Positions 51,145 to 62,503 of a stretch of DNA of 64,000 nt are shown here, one piece after another. This stretch comes from Alphaproteobacteria bacterium (GTDB taxonomy: Bacteria > Pseudomonadota > Alphaproteobacteria > MPNO01 > UBA830). Location of the stretch: positions 5,824,001-5,888,000 of the forward strand of contig OZ251539.1 in assembly GCA_965243135.1 (NCBI GenBank). The letters run 5' to 3'. Numbering within the stretch: the stretch's first letter is position 1; each line of letters starts with the position of its first letter. The notes beneath the pieces were generated by a model. The model saw nothing but the letters and a program-made list of their open reading frames with translations, searched no databases and was not told where the DNA came from. Position numbers and translations under genes: made by a program.

Positions 51145-52101
51145 ATGAACTATCCGCATAACGCGGCAGACTTGGAGCACTGCGCCGGCGCTGTCCGAAA
51201 AGCCGCTCATTCAGAAAATACGCGGACAGCGTATGAGAAGGGCTGGCAATGCTTCATCGCATGGTGCCGGAGCGTAGATTTGGTTCCGCAAAAGGCCGAG
51301 TCGGATGATGTCGTCAGGTTTTTGGTCGCGATGGCGAGCGAGGGCACGGCTGGCGGCAAGAAGCCGCTCGCGCTGAATACGCTTAGGCTCTATCGCAGTG
51401 GCCTGAATGACCAATGGCGTCGGATGGGGGCGCCTTCGCCCGCTTCCGCGAGGATGGTAGACGAGGTACTGCGAGGCTTGGCGAAAATCCACGGCGACGC
51501 CCCGCGCCGGGTAAAGGCTCTCAGGGAGTATCAGATTCGCGCGATGCTGAAGTCATGCGGCGGAGGCCTGCATGGACTTCGCGACGCAGCAATCCTGGCG
51601 TTGGGTTTCGCGGCAGCGCTCCGGAGATCGGAGTTGTGCTGCCTGCGGATGGAGGATCTCGAACGCAAGGGCGCCGAGGGCATGATGATTCACGTTCGAC
51701 GGTCGAAGACGGATCCGCAAGGAATCGGACAAAGGGTGGCGGTCATTGAGGGCAAGGTCATCAAGCCGATTGCGCACGTGGAACGCTGGCTAAGCGCATC
51801 CGGCGTTAGCGCGGGGTTCGTTTTTCAGACCCTACTGGCCGGCGGAGTGGCGTCAGGTCGGCCGCTCGATCCAGGCGATGTCGCGCGGGTGGTAAAGCGC
51901 CATGCCCGCAGAATTGGACTCAATCCGCGAGATTACTCCGGGCACTCCCTGCGGGCCGGGTTCGTAACTTGCGCAGCGGTGCACCACGCGAGGATCGACA
52001 AGATCATGGAGGTGACCCGACACAGGAACGCCGAAACCGTGTTGAAATACGTTCGCGACGAGGAGTCATTCGTCGATCATGCGGGTGCTTCGTTTCTCTG
52101 A
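51145..52101 (+). CDS. Tyrosine recombinase/integrase (Cre/Xer-like)
   Basis: SENTRTAY N-terminal domain; catalytic R (LRRSEL), K (RSKTD), HSLR, RH, Y (LKYVR) all present. Confidence 0.92.
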   Translation: MNYPHNAADLEHCAGAVRKAAHSENTRTAYEKGWQCFIAWCRSVDLVPQKAESDDVVRFLVAMASEGTAGGKKPLALNTLRLYRSGLNDQWRRMGAPSPASARMVDEVLRGLAKIHGDAPRRVKALREYQIRAMLKSCGGGLHGLRDAAILALGFAAALRRSELCCLRMEDLERKGAEGMMIHVRRSKTDPQGIGQRVAVIEGKVIKPIAHVERWLSASGVSAGFVFQTLLAGGVASGRPLDPGDVARVVKRHARRIGLNPRDYSGHSLRAGFVTCAAVHHARIDKIMEVTRHRNAETVLKYVRDEESFVDHAGASFL

Positions 52102-52364
52102 CGGCGACACTGCGCGAACTCTTCAAAGCGGTCGAGGACAGCGTGTGGCGGCGCTCTCGCCATGAGGTAGGATCTCCTTCTCGCCGTCGGGGCGCAGGCC
52201 GAGAGCCCCAGCACCGGAGGCATGAGGGTGCCGGTCCGGCGGCTGAGCGCCACGCCGTCGAACGACGGAGCCTTGTAGTCGTTGGCCGGCGGGCGGCGCG
52301 CCTCCACCGCGCTGTCCAGGATCTTGGCGGCCCGGCGGACGATGCCCTGCGCGCCGCCGGCTTG

Positions 52365-52937
52365 CTAATCCCGCAAAAACGGACGTATCGCTTCCTTGAA
52401 CTCGCGGCGGCGCTCGGCGCTGTGAAGCCAGTCGTAGTCGAACGGCGGCGTATCGTCCGCTTCGACCCTGAGCGTCGCGAACGCCGGCCCCGGTTCCGAC
52501 AGCAACCCGGGAAGATCCGCCCCGAAACGGTCGATATCTTCGTACGTCCGCGCGACCGGATATCCGGCCGCGAGCGCCATCCCGGCGAATTCGATCCTGC
52601 CGCGGCCGGGAATCGGGTGTCCGCCGTTGGCTTCGTAAGTTCCGTTCTCGACCGCGAAATGCACCAGATTGCGCGGCGCGGCTTCGGCGATCGTGACGAG
52701 GCTCGACAGATTCATGAGCAGGCTGCCGTCGCCGTCCAGAACGATGATCCTGTGGTTCGGCAGGCCCAGGGCCAGCCCGAGACCGTGCGAGGACGCTTGT
52801 CCCATGGCTCCGATCCCGACGAAATTCAGCGGATTGGGGTCTATGCGTTGCCATTCGAAGGCGGACGTATAAGTCGCCACCACAACCGCGTCGTCGCGAA
52901 GCGCGGCGATTTTCCGGAAGCATGCCGTTCGCCGCAT
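52365..52937 (-). CDS. TPP-dependent decarboxylase beta subunit (ComE/phosphonopyruvate decarboxylase-like)
   Basis: GAMGQAS, LDGDGSLLMNL...EN TPP motif. Confidence 0.85.
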   Translation of the reverse strand: MRRTACFRKIAALRDDAVVVATYTSAFEWQRIDPNPLNFVGIGAMGQASSHGLGLALGLPNHRIIVLDGDGSLLMNLSSLVTIAEAAPRNLVHFAVENGTYEANGGHPIPGRGRIEFAGMALAAGYPVARTYEDIDRFGADLPGLLSEPGPAFATLRVEADDTPPFDYDWLHSAERRREFKEAIRPFLRD

Positions 52938-53446
52938 CACGGGCGAACGCTCCTGCCGATCAGCGCCGCCAGCGGCCGGGACCGCGCGTAGGCGCGATCG
53001 ATCGCCGGCGCCAGCTGCGCGACGTCTTCCGATCCCTCGATCAACAAGCGGTCGATCTCCATCGCGTCCAGCACCGGCTCGACGATTCGCACGCCGTAAC
53101 TCGCGGATTCGCTCGGCGCGCGGTCGGGTTCCTTGCCGAGCAGGCCGACCAGCATGCAGACCGGTTGCCGGTACTGAACGGCGATGGCGCGGACGGCGTT
53201 GAGGGAATCCATCAGCCCCGTCTGTTGCATCAACAGCACGGCCCGCTTGTCGCAGAACGCGAGGGCGGCGCATATCGATACGCCTTCGTCCTCCTTGCAG
53301 AGGCGGACGAGGCGAATGTTTTCTTCCCTCGACAGCGGCCAGAGCAGTCCGGCGCTGGTCGTGATGTCCGGCAACGCCGCGACATGGGTGACGTTCGCCT
53401 GTTTCAGCGCCTCGATGATTTCCGCGCCGCGCGGTCCGGCGTTCAT
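52937..53446 (-). CDS. TPP-dependent decarboxylase alpha subunit (ComD-like)
   Basis: LPDI, KEDEGVSICAAL, LMQQTG. Confidence 0.82.
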   Translation of the reverse strand: MNAGPRGAEIIEALKQANVTHVAALPDITTSAGLLWPLSREENIRLVRLCKEDEGVSICAALAFCDKRAVLLMQQTGLMDSLNAVRAIAVQYRQPVCMLVGLLGKEPDRAPSESASYGVRIVEPVLDAMEIDRLLIEGSEDVAQLAPAIDRAYARSRPLAALIGRSVRP

Positions 53447-53452
53447 CGCGTC

Positions 53453-54247
53453 TCAGGCGGCGACATGCGGGAGAAAATCCTCCAGCGCGGCGTTGACGGC
53501 GGCCGGGTTCTCCAGATTCGAGATGTGTCCGGCGCCTTCGACGACAACGTGGCGGCAACCCGGAATGACGGCCGCGGCCTCCGCGAGGACGTCCGGCGGC
53601 GCGCCCTTGTCCCTGTCGCCGCCGAGAATCAGGGTCGGAATCCGGATGTCGCCGATGACCGCCCCGAAGGAAAGCCGCTTCAGCGCCTCGCAGCAGCCTT
53701 CGTGTCCGACCGGGTCGGTCCTCCGCAACATGCCGCGAACTTTGTTCAGGAACGCGGGAGCCGCTTGCCGCGTCTCCGGCGTGAACCAGCGCTCGATCGT
53801 CGGTTCCACGATTCCTTCCATTCCCTTTTTCCTGACCGTGTCGATGCGGTACTGGAAATAGTCGGCGTAGTCCGGCGGCGCGTCCGGCCGCGCGTCGCAG
53901 GCCACGAGCGACGACAGCCGGCCGCCGTGATGCCGGGCAAGGCCGTAGCCCAGCATGCCGCCGATGGAAAGCCCCACCCAGTGCGTTCTGGCGATGCCGA
54001 AATGGTCGAACAACGCGATGACGTCTTCCATCAGGTCGTCGAAGGAATAGGGGCCGGGCGGCGCGTCCGAGCCGCCGTGCCCGCGGTGGTCGAAGCGCAG
54101 GATCCGGAAACGGTCGGCGAACAGCGCCGCCTGTTCGTCCCAAAGATGCAGGTCGTTGCCCAGCGCATGGCTGAACGTGATCCACGGCGCGCCTTCGACG
54201 CCGTCGACCGCGCAGTTGACGGAGAATTTTCCGATATCGACCTTCAC
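53453..54247 (-). CDS. Alpha/beta hydrolase (PcaD-like)
   Basis: FDHRGHGGS, GLSIGG, TIERWFT, AGHISNLE. Confidence 0.85.
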   Translation of the reverse strand: MKVDIGKFSVNCAVDGVEGAPWITFSHALGNDLHLWDEQAALFADRFRILRFDHRGHGGSDAPPGPYSFDDLMEDVIALFDHFGIARTHWVGLSIGGMLGYGLARHHGGRLSSLVACDARPDAPPDYADYFQYRIDTVRKKGMEGIVEPTIERWFTPETRQAAPAFLNKVRGMLRRTDPVGHEGCCEALKRLSFGAVIGDIRIPTLILGGDRDKGAPPDVLAEAAAVIPGCRHVVVEGAGHISNLENPAAVNAALEDFLPHVAA

Positions 54248-54344
54248 GCGGCGCTGCCTCTCCTTATCGTCCCGCTTGCGGGAGCGCGGCGCCGAAGCCG
54301 CCGCCCGTTCCGCTGCGCCGGGGTCGCGCGCTGCGGGTCGGACT

Positions 54345-55049
54345 TCAGTTCTGGCTTCGGGTTTCCACCAGTTTCCAGTTGGGGTCCCGCGACCTGACGT
54401 CGCGGCGGAAGGTCCAGATGTCCGTGATTTCGTTCACGTGAGAGGGGTCGCCGTCCAGGATCCGGCCTTCGGAGTCGCGGGTCACGTTGATCTGCTCGGT
54501 CAGGAAGCTGACGGTGACGGCGGCGTCGCCGTCGACGAGATCCGCCTCGACGATTTGCGCGGACCTCGTTCCGATGATCGTCGTTTCCAGGACGTGTCCG
54601 TCCGCCTTGCGCTGCTCGATGGCGTCGCTGAAGTTTTCGTAAACGTCCTCCGACAGCAAGTCCCGCAGGGTGTCGGCGTCGCCTTCGGCGAACGCCTGCA
54701 CGATCACGTCGAACGCTCCGCGCGCGCCCGTCAGGAATTCGTCCGGATCGAAGGCGCGGTCGGCGTTCCTGATGTTCGCGATGCCTTGCGATATCGGATC
54801 GTCGGGATCCGCGTACTCGTCCTCGGCCTCCGCGTCCTCGGCCGCCGCGTCCTCGGCCTCCGCGTCCTCGGCCTCCGCGTCCCGGTCGGCGGGCGGAGGC
54901 TCGGGCGCGCGGTCGTCGGGCGGCGGCGCGATCGAACGCGGTCGCTGATGGCCCGTCCGTTTGCCGAGCGCGCTTCGCAGGCGCAGCACGAGAAACGCCG
55001 CGACCATGGCGAAGAGCACGATATCTAGGAACTGGAATCCGTCACTCAT
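54345..55049 (-). CDS. Tim44/TimA family adaptor protein
   Basis: LRLRSALGKRTG, FLTGARGAF, DIWTFRRD..NWKL; 15-bp acidic repeats at ~54818-54880. Confidence 0.9.
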   Translation of the reverse strand: MSDGFQFLDIVLFAMVAAFLVLRLRSALGKRTGHQRPRSIAPPPDDRAPEPPPADRDAEAEDAEAEDAAAEDAEAEDEYADPDDPISQGIANIRNADRAFDPDEFLTGARGAFDVIVQAFAEGDADTLRDLLSEDVYENFSDAIEQRKADGHVLETTIIGTRSAQIVEADLVDGDAAVTVSFLTEQINVTRDSEGRILDGDPSHVNEITDIWTFRRDVRSRDPNWKLVETRSQN

Positions 55050-55224
55050 GATCCAGCTTTCCGCACGCCTCCGCTACGTGGACCGGCGCCTCGCCGTTCG
55101 GGTGGACGCGCCCCTGGCTTGGCGGTATTCTGCCTCTGCGCGTCGCGTCGGCTTGGGGAGTTTCCTCCGGCCGGAGCGTGCAACGTTTCATTGCAATATA
55201 TGCCGACTGCGGAAAATCGCAAGC

Positions 55225-55632
55225 ATGAGATTTCTGGTCCTTGCGGCCTTCGTTGCCGTGCCGGTTGTCGAAATCGCCGCTTTCATCGGGATCGGCGGAC
55301 GGATCGGTCTGTGGCCGACGATCGGCCTGGTCGTCGTCACGGCCTTCGTCGGCTTGACGCTGCTGCGAATCCAGGGCCTTGCCGTCCTTCGACGGCTTCG
55401 GGTGAGCAGGGAACCCGCGGCCGAGTTGTTCGAAGGGTTGTGCCTTTTGATCGCGGCGGTTCTGCTTCTCGTTCCGGGCTTCGTCACCGATGCGGCTGGA
55501 TTTCTGTTGCTGGTTCCCCGGGTGCGCATGGCCCTCTCGCTCGTCTTCCGTCGCGCCCGCCGTGACGGCGGACCGGTGATCGAGGGCGAGTTCGAAGAAG
55601 TCAACGCGCCGGGCCGCCGGCGAGGCGGTTAG
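55225..55632 (+). CDS. fxsA: FxsA family protein
   Basis: PVVEIAAF, PGFVTDAAGFLLLVP, VIEGEF. Confidence 0.88.
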   Translation: MRFLVLAAFVAVPVVEIAAFIGIGGRIGLWPTIGLVVVTAFVGLTLLRIQGLAVLRRLRVSREPAAELFEGLCLLIAAVLLLVPGFVTDAAGFLLLVPRVRMALSLVFRRARRDGGPVIEGEFEEVNAPGRRRGG

Positions 55633-55639
55633 GCCGCCG

Positions 55640-56083
55640 TCATCCCTGCCGGTCGTTTGCGATGCTTTGCAGGCAGCGCTCGCTGTCGACCTCGCGTCCG
55701 CCGGCCTCCCGGATTTCGAGATGCTTCAAGACGTGATGGCGTCCGCTCGGATAGAAGTACAGCTCCAGAATGCAGCTTTCGCTTCGATAGCGGCGGAACT
55801 CGGCAGGCGGATCCCAGCGCAGGAAGGCCGGCGGACCGAAAAGCGCTTCGATCTGCCCGCGGGTCATGCCGACGGCGAGCTTCGGCGCGGCCGGCAGCGA
55901 CGCGACGCGGCGCTCGGGCTCGTCCCGAACGGGCGCCTCCCGGTCCGCGGAAGGCGCGGCCGCGCGTTCCGGAGGCGCGGGGACGCTCTCGGGAGGCGCG
56001 GGAACGTGTCCGGAACCGCACGCGGCCAGGCCCAGGGACAGCGCGACCGGCCAAAGCGCCTTCGCGCAGGGTCGCGGGTTCAG
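55640..56083 (-). CDS. Hypothetical lipoprotein
   Basis: Lipobox LAAC; LFGPP..R..P...RY....C.L..Y pattern; start uncertain. Confidence 0.65.
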   Translation of the reverse strand: MNPRPCAKALWPVALSLGLAACGSGHVPAPPESVPAPPERAAAPSADREAPVRDEPERRVASLPAAPKLAVGMTRGQIEALFGPPAFLRWDPPAEFRRYRSESCILELYFYPSGRHHVLKHLEIREAGGREVDSERCLQSIANDRQG

Positions 56084-56547
56084 TCGCCGCCTCCGGCCGA
56101 CTGGGGAGCGATGTCGCCGGTGATCTGGCCGCCCCGTTCGACCTCCAGCCGGCCGAATCTGATCGTGCCCTTGATTCGGCCGCTCGACCTTACGACAAGG
56201 ATGTCGTGGGCCGTCAGCGAGCCCTCGTAGTTGCCGCTGATGTCGGCGGTTTTGATCTCCGCTTCGCCCTTGAACGTCCCCGACGCGGCGACCTCGATCT
56301 CGCTGCAATCCTTCAGGTTGGCCTCCACCCGGCCTTCGACGATCACCTTGTCGCAGGATCCGATATTGCCCGTCAGTTCGATTCCCCGCCCGACGATCAG
56401 CTTTCTCGCGTCCATGTCGCCGGCCGGTTTCGCGGCCGAATGGATTTCCGGGCGCACGACTTCCAGCGGCCTTGGCGGAATCACCGGCGCGGCGACGCCG
56501 GTCGCCGGTGGATCCTGAGTTTCCGGTTTCTTGGTTTCTTCCGCCAT
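56080..56547 (-). CDS. Bactofilin (polymer-forming cytoskeletal protein)
   Basis: LIVGRGIELTGNI...VEG beta-helix repeats. Confidence 0.88.
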   Translation of the reverse strand: MAEETKKPETQDPPATGVAAPVIPPRPLEVVRPEIHSAAKPAGDMDARKLIVGRGIELTGNIGSCDKVIVEGRVEANLKDCSEIEVAASGTFKGEAEIKTADISGNYEGSLTAHDILVVRSSGRIKGTIRFGRLEVERGGQITGDIAPQSAGGGD

Positions 56548-56585
56548 GTCTCTCTTCTCCGTTGCGGCCGCGCCGGCCGAATTCG

Positions 56586-57263
56586 TCACCGAGTTCGAAG
56601 ATCCTCGAATACGTGGACCATGTACGCCACCGCGACGACGGGCATCAGCCAGTTCAGAACGGGAACCGCCATCAGCGCCGCGATCGCCAGGCCGCACAGG
56701 AACAGCCTGCCCCTGTTGCGCCGCCGCAGCGCCCTGCCCGGAGCCGGACCAAGCCGTCGCACGGCCGCGAATTCGAAATACTCGCGACCCAGAAGATAAC
56801 CGTTCAGGGCGAAAAATACAAAGGGAATGAACGGCGCCAGCGCGACGGTCGCCAGCATTATCGGCGCGACCGTCGCGAAGCACAGCAGATTGAGCGCGAC
56901 GGCCGTTCCCGCGAACCTGAGCGCCGCGATCGGCGCCTCCCGGACCGGCTGCTCCCGGGGAGGCGGAAGCCCCGGATAATGGCGCGCCTCGACCGCCCGC
57001 GCGACGTCCTCCAGCATGAAGGAGACCGCTATTCCCGCGAGTCCGGGAAACAGGACGAGACCGAGCGCGAACGCGGCGCCGACGCCGAGCAGCCGGATCG
57101 ACCAGTCCACCCAGCCGACGCCGGACAGCCCGTCGAGCGCCCGGACCGCCGCCAGCGCGAGGACGGCGAAGATCGCGGCGGCGATCAAGGCCGCGCGCAG
57201 CGCGACTCCGCGGATTCTCCGGTCGCCGAGCTGCGCCGCGGCGAGATAAAGGCCTCGAAGCAA
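56586..57263 (-). CDS. EI24/CysZ-like membrane protein
   Basis: VEARHYP, NGYLLGREYFE, VPVLN; start approximate. Confidence 0.82.
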   Translation of the reverse strand: MLRGLYLAAAQLGDRRIRGVALRAALIAAAIFAVLALAAVRALDGLSGVGWVDWSIRLLGVGAAFALGLVLFPGLAGIAVSFMLEDVARAVEARHYPGLPPPREQPVREAPIAALRFAGTAVALNLLCFATVAPIMLATVALAPFIPFVFFALNGYLLGREYFEFAAVRRLGPAPGRALRRRNRGRLFLCGLAIAALMAVPVLNWLMPVVAVAYMVHVFEDLRTR

Positions 57264-57387
57264 GCCGATCGCTCCCGATCCAGGGCGTCCTTGATAGTCG
57301 GCTTGCCGGCGCTCGCCAATCCTCCGCGTTGCGGCGAAACGGAGCCCGCCTATACTGCGCGCCTCCACCATGTCGCGGGAAGCGAAC

Positions 57388-58391
57388 ATGTCCGACGCGC
57401 CGTTGGATGTTCTGGGCGTAGGCAACGCCATTGTCGACGTCATTGCGAAGGCCGACCTTTCCGATATCGGGCGTCTTGGCCTGACCAAGGGCGCCATGAC
57501 CCTGATCGAAGCGGCCGACGCGAATCGCCTTTACCCCGAAATGGGCGCGCCGATCGAGACCTCCGGCGGCTCGGCCGCCAACACTCTGGCCGCGCTCGCT
57601 TCTCTCGGCGGACGCGGCGCATTTATCGGAAAGGTGCGCGACGACCGATTCGGCGACGTCTTCCGGAACGACATGGCTTCGATCGGCGTCGACTACCGGC
57701 TGCCGGCCGCGATCCAGGGCCCGCCGACCGCGCGCTGCCTCGTCTTCGTGACCCCCGACGCCGACCGCACCATGCAGACGTTTCTCGGCGCAAGCGTTCT
57801 GCTCGGGCCCGACGACATCGATCCGGAAGCGGTCGGCAACGCGCTGATTACCTATCTGGAAGGCTACCTTTTCGATCGCGAGCCGGCCAAGGAGGCGTTC
57901 GTCAAGGCCGCCGAAATCGCCCACGCCGCGGGACGGAAGGTGGCTCTGACGCTTTCCGATCCGTTCTGCGTCGACCGTCACAGAGCCGCGTTCCGGCATC
58001 TGGTCGAAGGCCATGTCGACATCCTGTTCGCCAACCGCGACGAGATCGTCTCGCTCTACCAAAGCGACGGTTTCGAGCGGGCGGTCGATTCGGTCGCCGG
58101 CCGCGTCGAGACCGCGGCGATCACCCGCGGCGCGGAGGGATCGATAATCGTCTCCCGCGGCGAGAGGATCGAGATCGCCGCGGCGCCGGCCGGCGAAGTC
58201 GTCGACACCACCGGCGCCGGGGATCTTTACGCGGCGGGCGTCCTCTACGGCATGACCAGGGGCTACGAACTCGAGACCGCCGGTCGAATCGGCGCGATCT
58301 GCGCCGCCGAGATAATCGGGCGGTACGGCGCCCGGCCGGCCGAGCCGTTGTCCGGGATCGTCGAGGCCGCGATCGGCCCGGGCGGAGGTTC

Positions 58392-58395
<4 letters not shown>
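57388..58395 (+). CDS. PfkB family kinase (adenosine kinase-like)
   Basis: GNAIVDV, GGSAANT, DTTGAGDLYAAG. Confidence 0.9.
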
Positions 58396-60206
<1,811 letters not shown>

Positions 60207-60394
60207 GACGGCATTCGCCGAATTGTCTGTCACGGGGCCGGAAGCCGTCAGGCGGGCGGCCTTCTCCGACGGCATGCGCCTGCACCGTATATCGATATTC
60301 GTCAATCTGCCGATGGAGGGCCTCGACCGGCTCAGCCTGCAGAAGCGGCTGGACGAAATCGGCGGGACCGCGACGCGGCGGCCTCGGCGGACGC

Positions 60395-60703
60395 TCACCG
60401 GGCCCTGTATTCGATCTCCAGCACCCGCACTTCCTGATCGGACGTGTTGACGGCGTTGTGCTCGACGGGCGCGGACCACGCGAGCGTCCGGCCGTCTTCG
60501 TAGTCGACGCGGGTTTCGCTGCCGTCCGCGCCCATCAGCGACAGGTGTCCGCCGGACTGCTGGACGGTGACGTAATCGAGCTCGTGCCGGTGCCAGCCCG
60601 TCTGATCCCCCGGCGCGAAGACCCACCGGGTGATTCGCGTGAATTCGTTGTCGAGGAGCAGCGTTCGTCTGGCCGTGCCTCGCTTTCCTGCGCTTTCCGA
60701 CAT
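60395..60703 (-). CDS. Cupin domain protein
   Basis: TGWHRHELDY...VEHNAVN. Confidence 0.85.
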   Translation of the reverse strand: MSESAGKRGTARRTLLLDNEFTRITRWVFAPGDQTGWHRHELDYVTVQQSGGHLSLMGADGSETRVDYEDGRTLAWSAPVEHNAVNTSDQEVRVLEIEYRAR

Positions 60704-60772
60704 TCGCGTCTTTCCCTGGCCGCGCCGAAGCGCGGCGTTCGCCGCCTTGGGCCGTTTCCGGCTTCGCGGCGT

Positions 60773-61010
60773 TCAGGCTTCCACAATGACTTCGAAGCCT
60801 CCGTGAATCAATCGTCGTCCGTCGAACGGCGTCGGGTCCACGGCCGGGTCGGCCATGGCTCTTTTCATGCCTTCGTCCCTGACCGTCCTGGACGGCCAGG
60901 CGATCCAGGAAAAGACCGCCGATTCGTCGTCCTTGCGCATCGCGGCGGTGCGCATGGAGTTCGTCTCGCCGTCCGGCGCGTCCCCGTTCCGTCTTCGCCC
61001 GTCGGGGGCC
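60773..61010 (-). pseudogene. DUF1428 family remnant (5' truncated)
   Basis: PDGETNSM..A...DESAVFSWIAWPS...PFDGRRLIHGGFE; N-terminus not recognisable. Confidence 0.65.
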
Positions 61011-61219
61011 ATCGTAACGGAGACGCGCGGGCGCGCGCCGCGGCGTTCGATTCTCCGGAAGCGCCGTCCGCCCGCGCGAACGACGACGTTCGGGAAGCGC
61101 GCCGGGCGGGGGTCGCCTTGCGGGGATTCGCCGCGACCCCTTATATTCCGCCGCGTCCCTTTCAGGAATCCGCGCGCCCGGATCGAAAGGGTCGAGGGCG
61201 CGAACGGTCGGGGTCGGGC

Positions 61220-62503
61220 ATGCCGGAAACCAGAAACTGGGCGGCTTATCTTCGCGATTCCCGTTTCCGCGCGATTTTCCTTCTGGGCGTGGCCAGCGGC
61301 CTTCCCTCGTCGCTCGTCTTCTCGACCCTGTCCATCTGGCTGCGCGAAGCGGGGGTGTCGCGCACCTCCATCGGGCTGATCGGCGCGGTCGTTACCCCCT
61401 ACGCGATAAATTTTCTGTGGGCGCCGCTGGTCGACCGGCTCCGCCTTCCCTTGCTGCACGGACGGCTCGGCCAGCGGCGATCGTGGCTCCTGCTTTGCCA
61501 GATGATCCTCGCCCCGGCGGTCGCGATCATGGGCATGCAGGATCCGGCCTCCGCGGCGGCGGTACTGGCGGTTTGCGCCTTGCTCGTTTCCATCGCGTCG
61601 GCGACGCAGGATGTCGCCATAGACGCTTACCGGATCGAGATCCTCGAACCCGACGAATACGGCGCCGGTGCCGCGGTCGCGATCTACGGTTGGTACGCCG
61701 GCGCGTTCGTCACGGGCGCCGGCGCGCTTTACGCGGCTGCGGCGGGGGGATGGGCCGCGGCTTACGGCGCCGCCGCGCTCGTCATCGCGGGCGTCGCGAC
61801 GGCGACCCTGTTCGCGCGCGAACCCGAACGCCCGCCCGAACGCCGCGCTCCTTCGGAGAGCGCGGTCGACTGGCTGCGGCGCGCGGCGGTCGCGCCGTTG
61901 ATCGAATTCTTCTCGCGTCTCGGATGGACGGCCGCGCTGGTTCTCGCCGTCATCGTCTTCTACAAGTTCGGCGACGCCATGCTGGGCCGGATGTCGGGCG
62001 TGTTCTACGTCGACCTGGGGTTTTCGAAGGTCGAAATCGCGAATTACACCAAGACGGTCGGCCTCGTCGCGACGTTGCTCGGCGTCGGCGCCGGCGGCTG
62101 GGCGTGCGTTCGCGTCGGCGTCCTGCGCGCGATGTTTCTCGGCGCTCTCCTGATGCTGATCACCAATCTCGCCTTCGCGCTGCTGGCCGCCGGGGGTCCG
62201 GACTACGGGCTTCTCGCGACGGTGGTGTTTTTCGACAATCTGACCGGCGGCATGGCGACGACGGCGTTCGTCGCCTATCTGTCCGGCCTCTGCAACGTCG
62301 CCTTCACCGCGACGCAATACGCGCTGCTGGCGTCCCTGGGCAATTTCGCGCGCATCCAGCTCGGCTCGGTTTCGGGATGGGCGGTGGACGCCACGGGGGG
62401 CGACTGGGCGCTGTTCTTCGTCGCCGTCGCCGCGGTTTCGCTGCCGGCGATCGGGCTGCTGGCGCTGCTGGCGCGGCGCATGCGGGGAGCGGGCGGCGGC
62501 TAG
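61220..62503 (+). CDS. ampG: AmpG family muropeptide MFS transporter
   Basis: SGLP, FLWAPLVD, GQRRSW, SATQDVAIDAYRIE, TATQYALL. Confidence 0.92.
   Translation: MPETRNWAAYLRDSRFRAIFLLGVASGLPSSLVFSTLSIWLREAGVSRTSIGLIGAVVTPYAINFLWAPLVDRLRLPLLHGRLGQRRSWLLLCQMILAPAVAIMGMQDPASAAAVLAVCALLVSIASATQDVAIDAYRIEILEPDEYGAGAAVAIYGWYAGAFVTGAGALYAAAAGGWAAAYGAAALVIAGVATATLFAREPERPPERRAPSESAVDWLRRAAVAPLIEFFSRLGWTAALVLAVIVFYKFGDAMLGRMSGVFYVDLGFSKVEIANYTKTVGLVATLLGVGAGGWACVRVGVLRAMFLGALLMLITNLAFALLAAGGPDYGLLATVVFFDNLTGGMATTAFVAYLSGLCNVAFTATQYALLASLGNFARIQLGSVSGWAVDATGGDWALFFVAVAAVSLPAIGLLALLARRMRGAGGG

Noticed and set aside
51145-52101. Prophage or ICE integrase
   Set aside because: No phage or conjugation genes, no adjacent tRNA, and no att repeat found by eye; position fits an invertase better, though an integrase role is not excluded
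54818-54880. 15-bp tandem repeat in the Tim44 gene
   Set aside because: Ordinary low-complexity acidic linker
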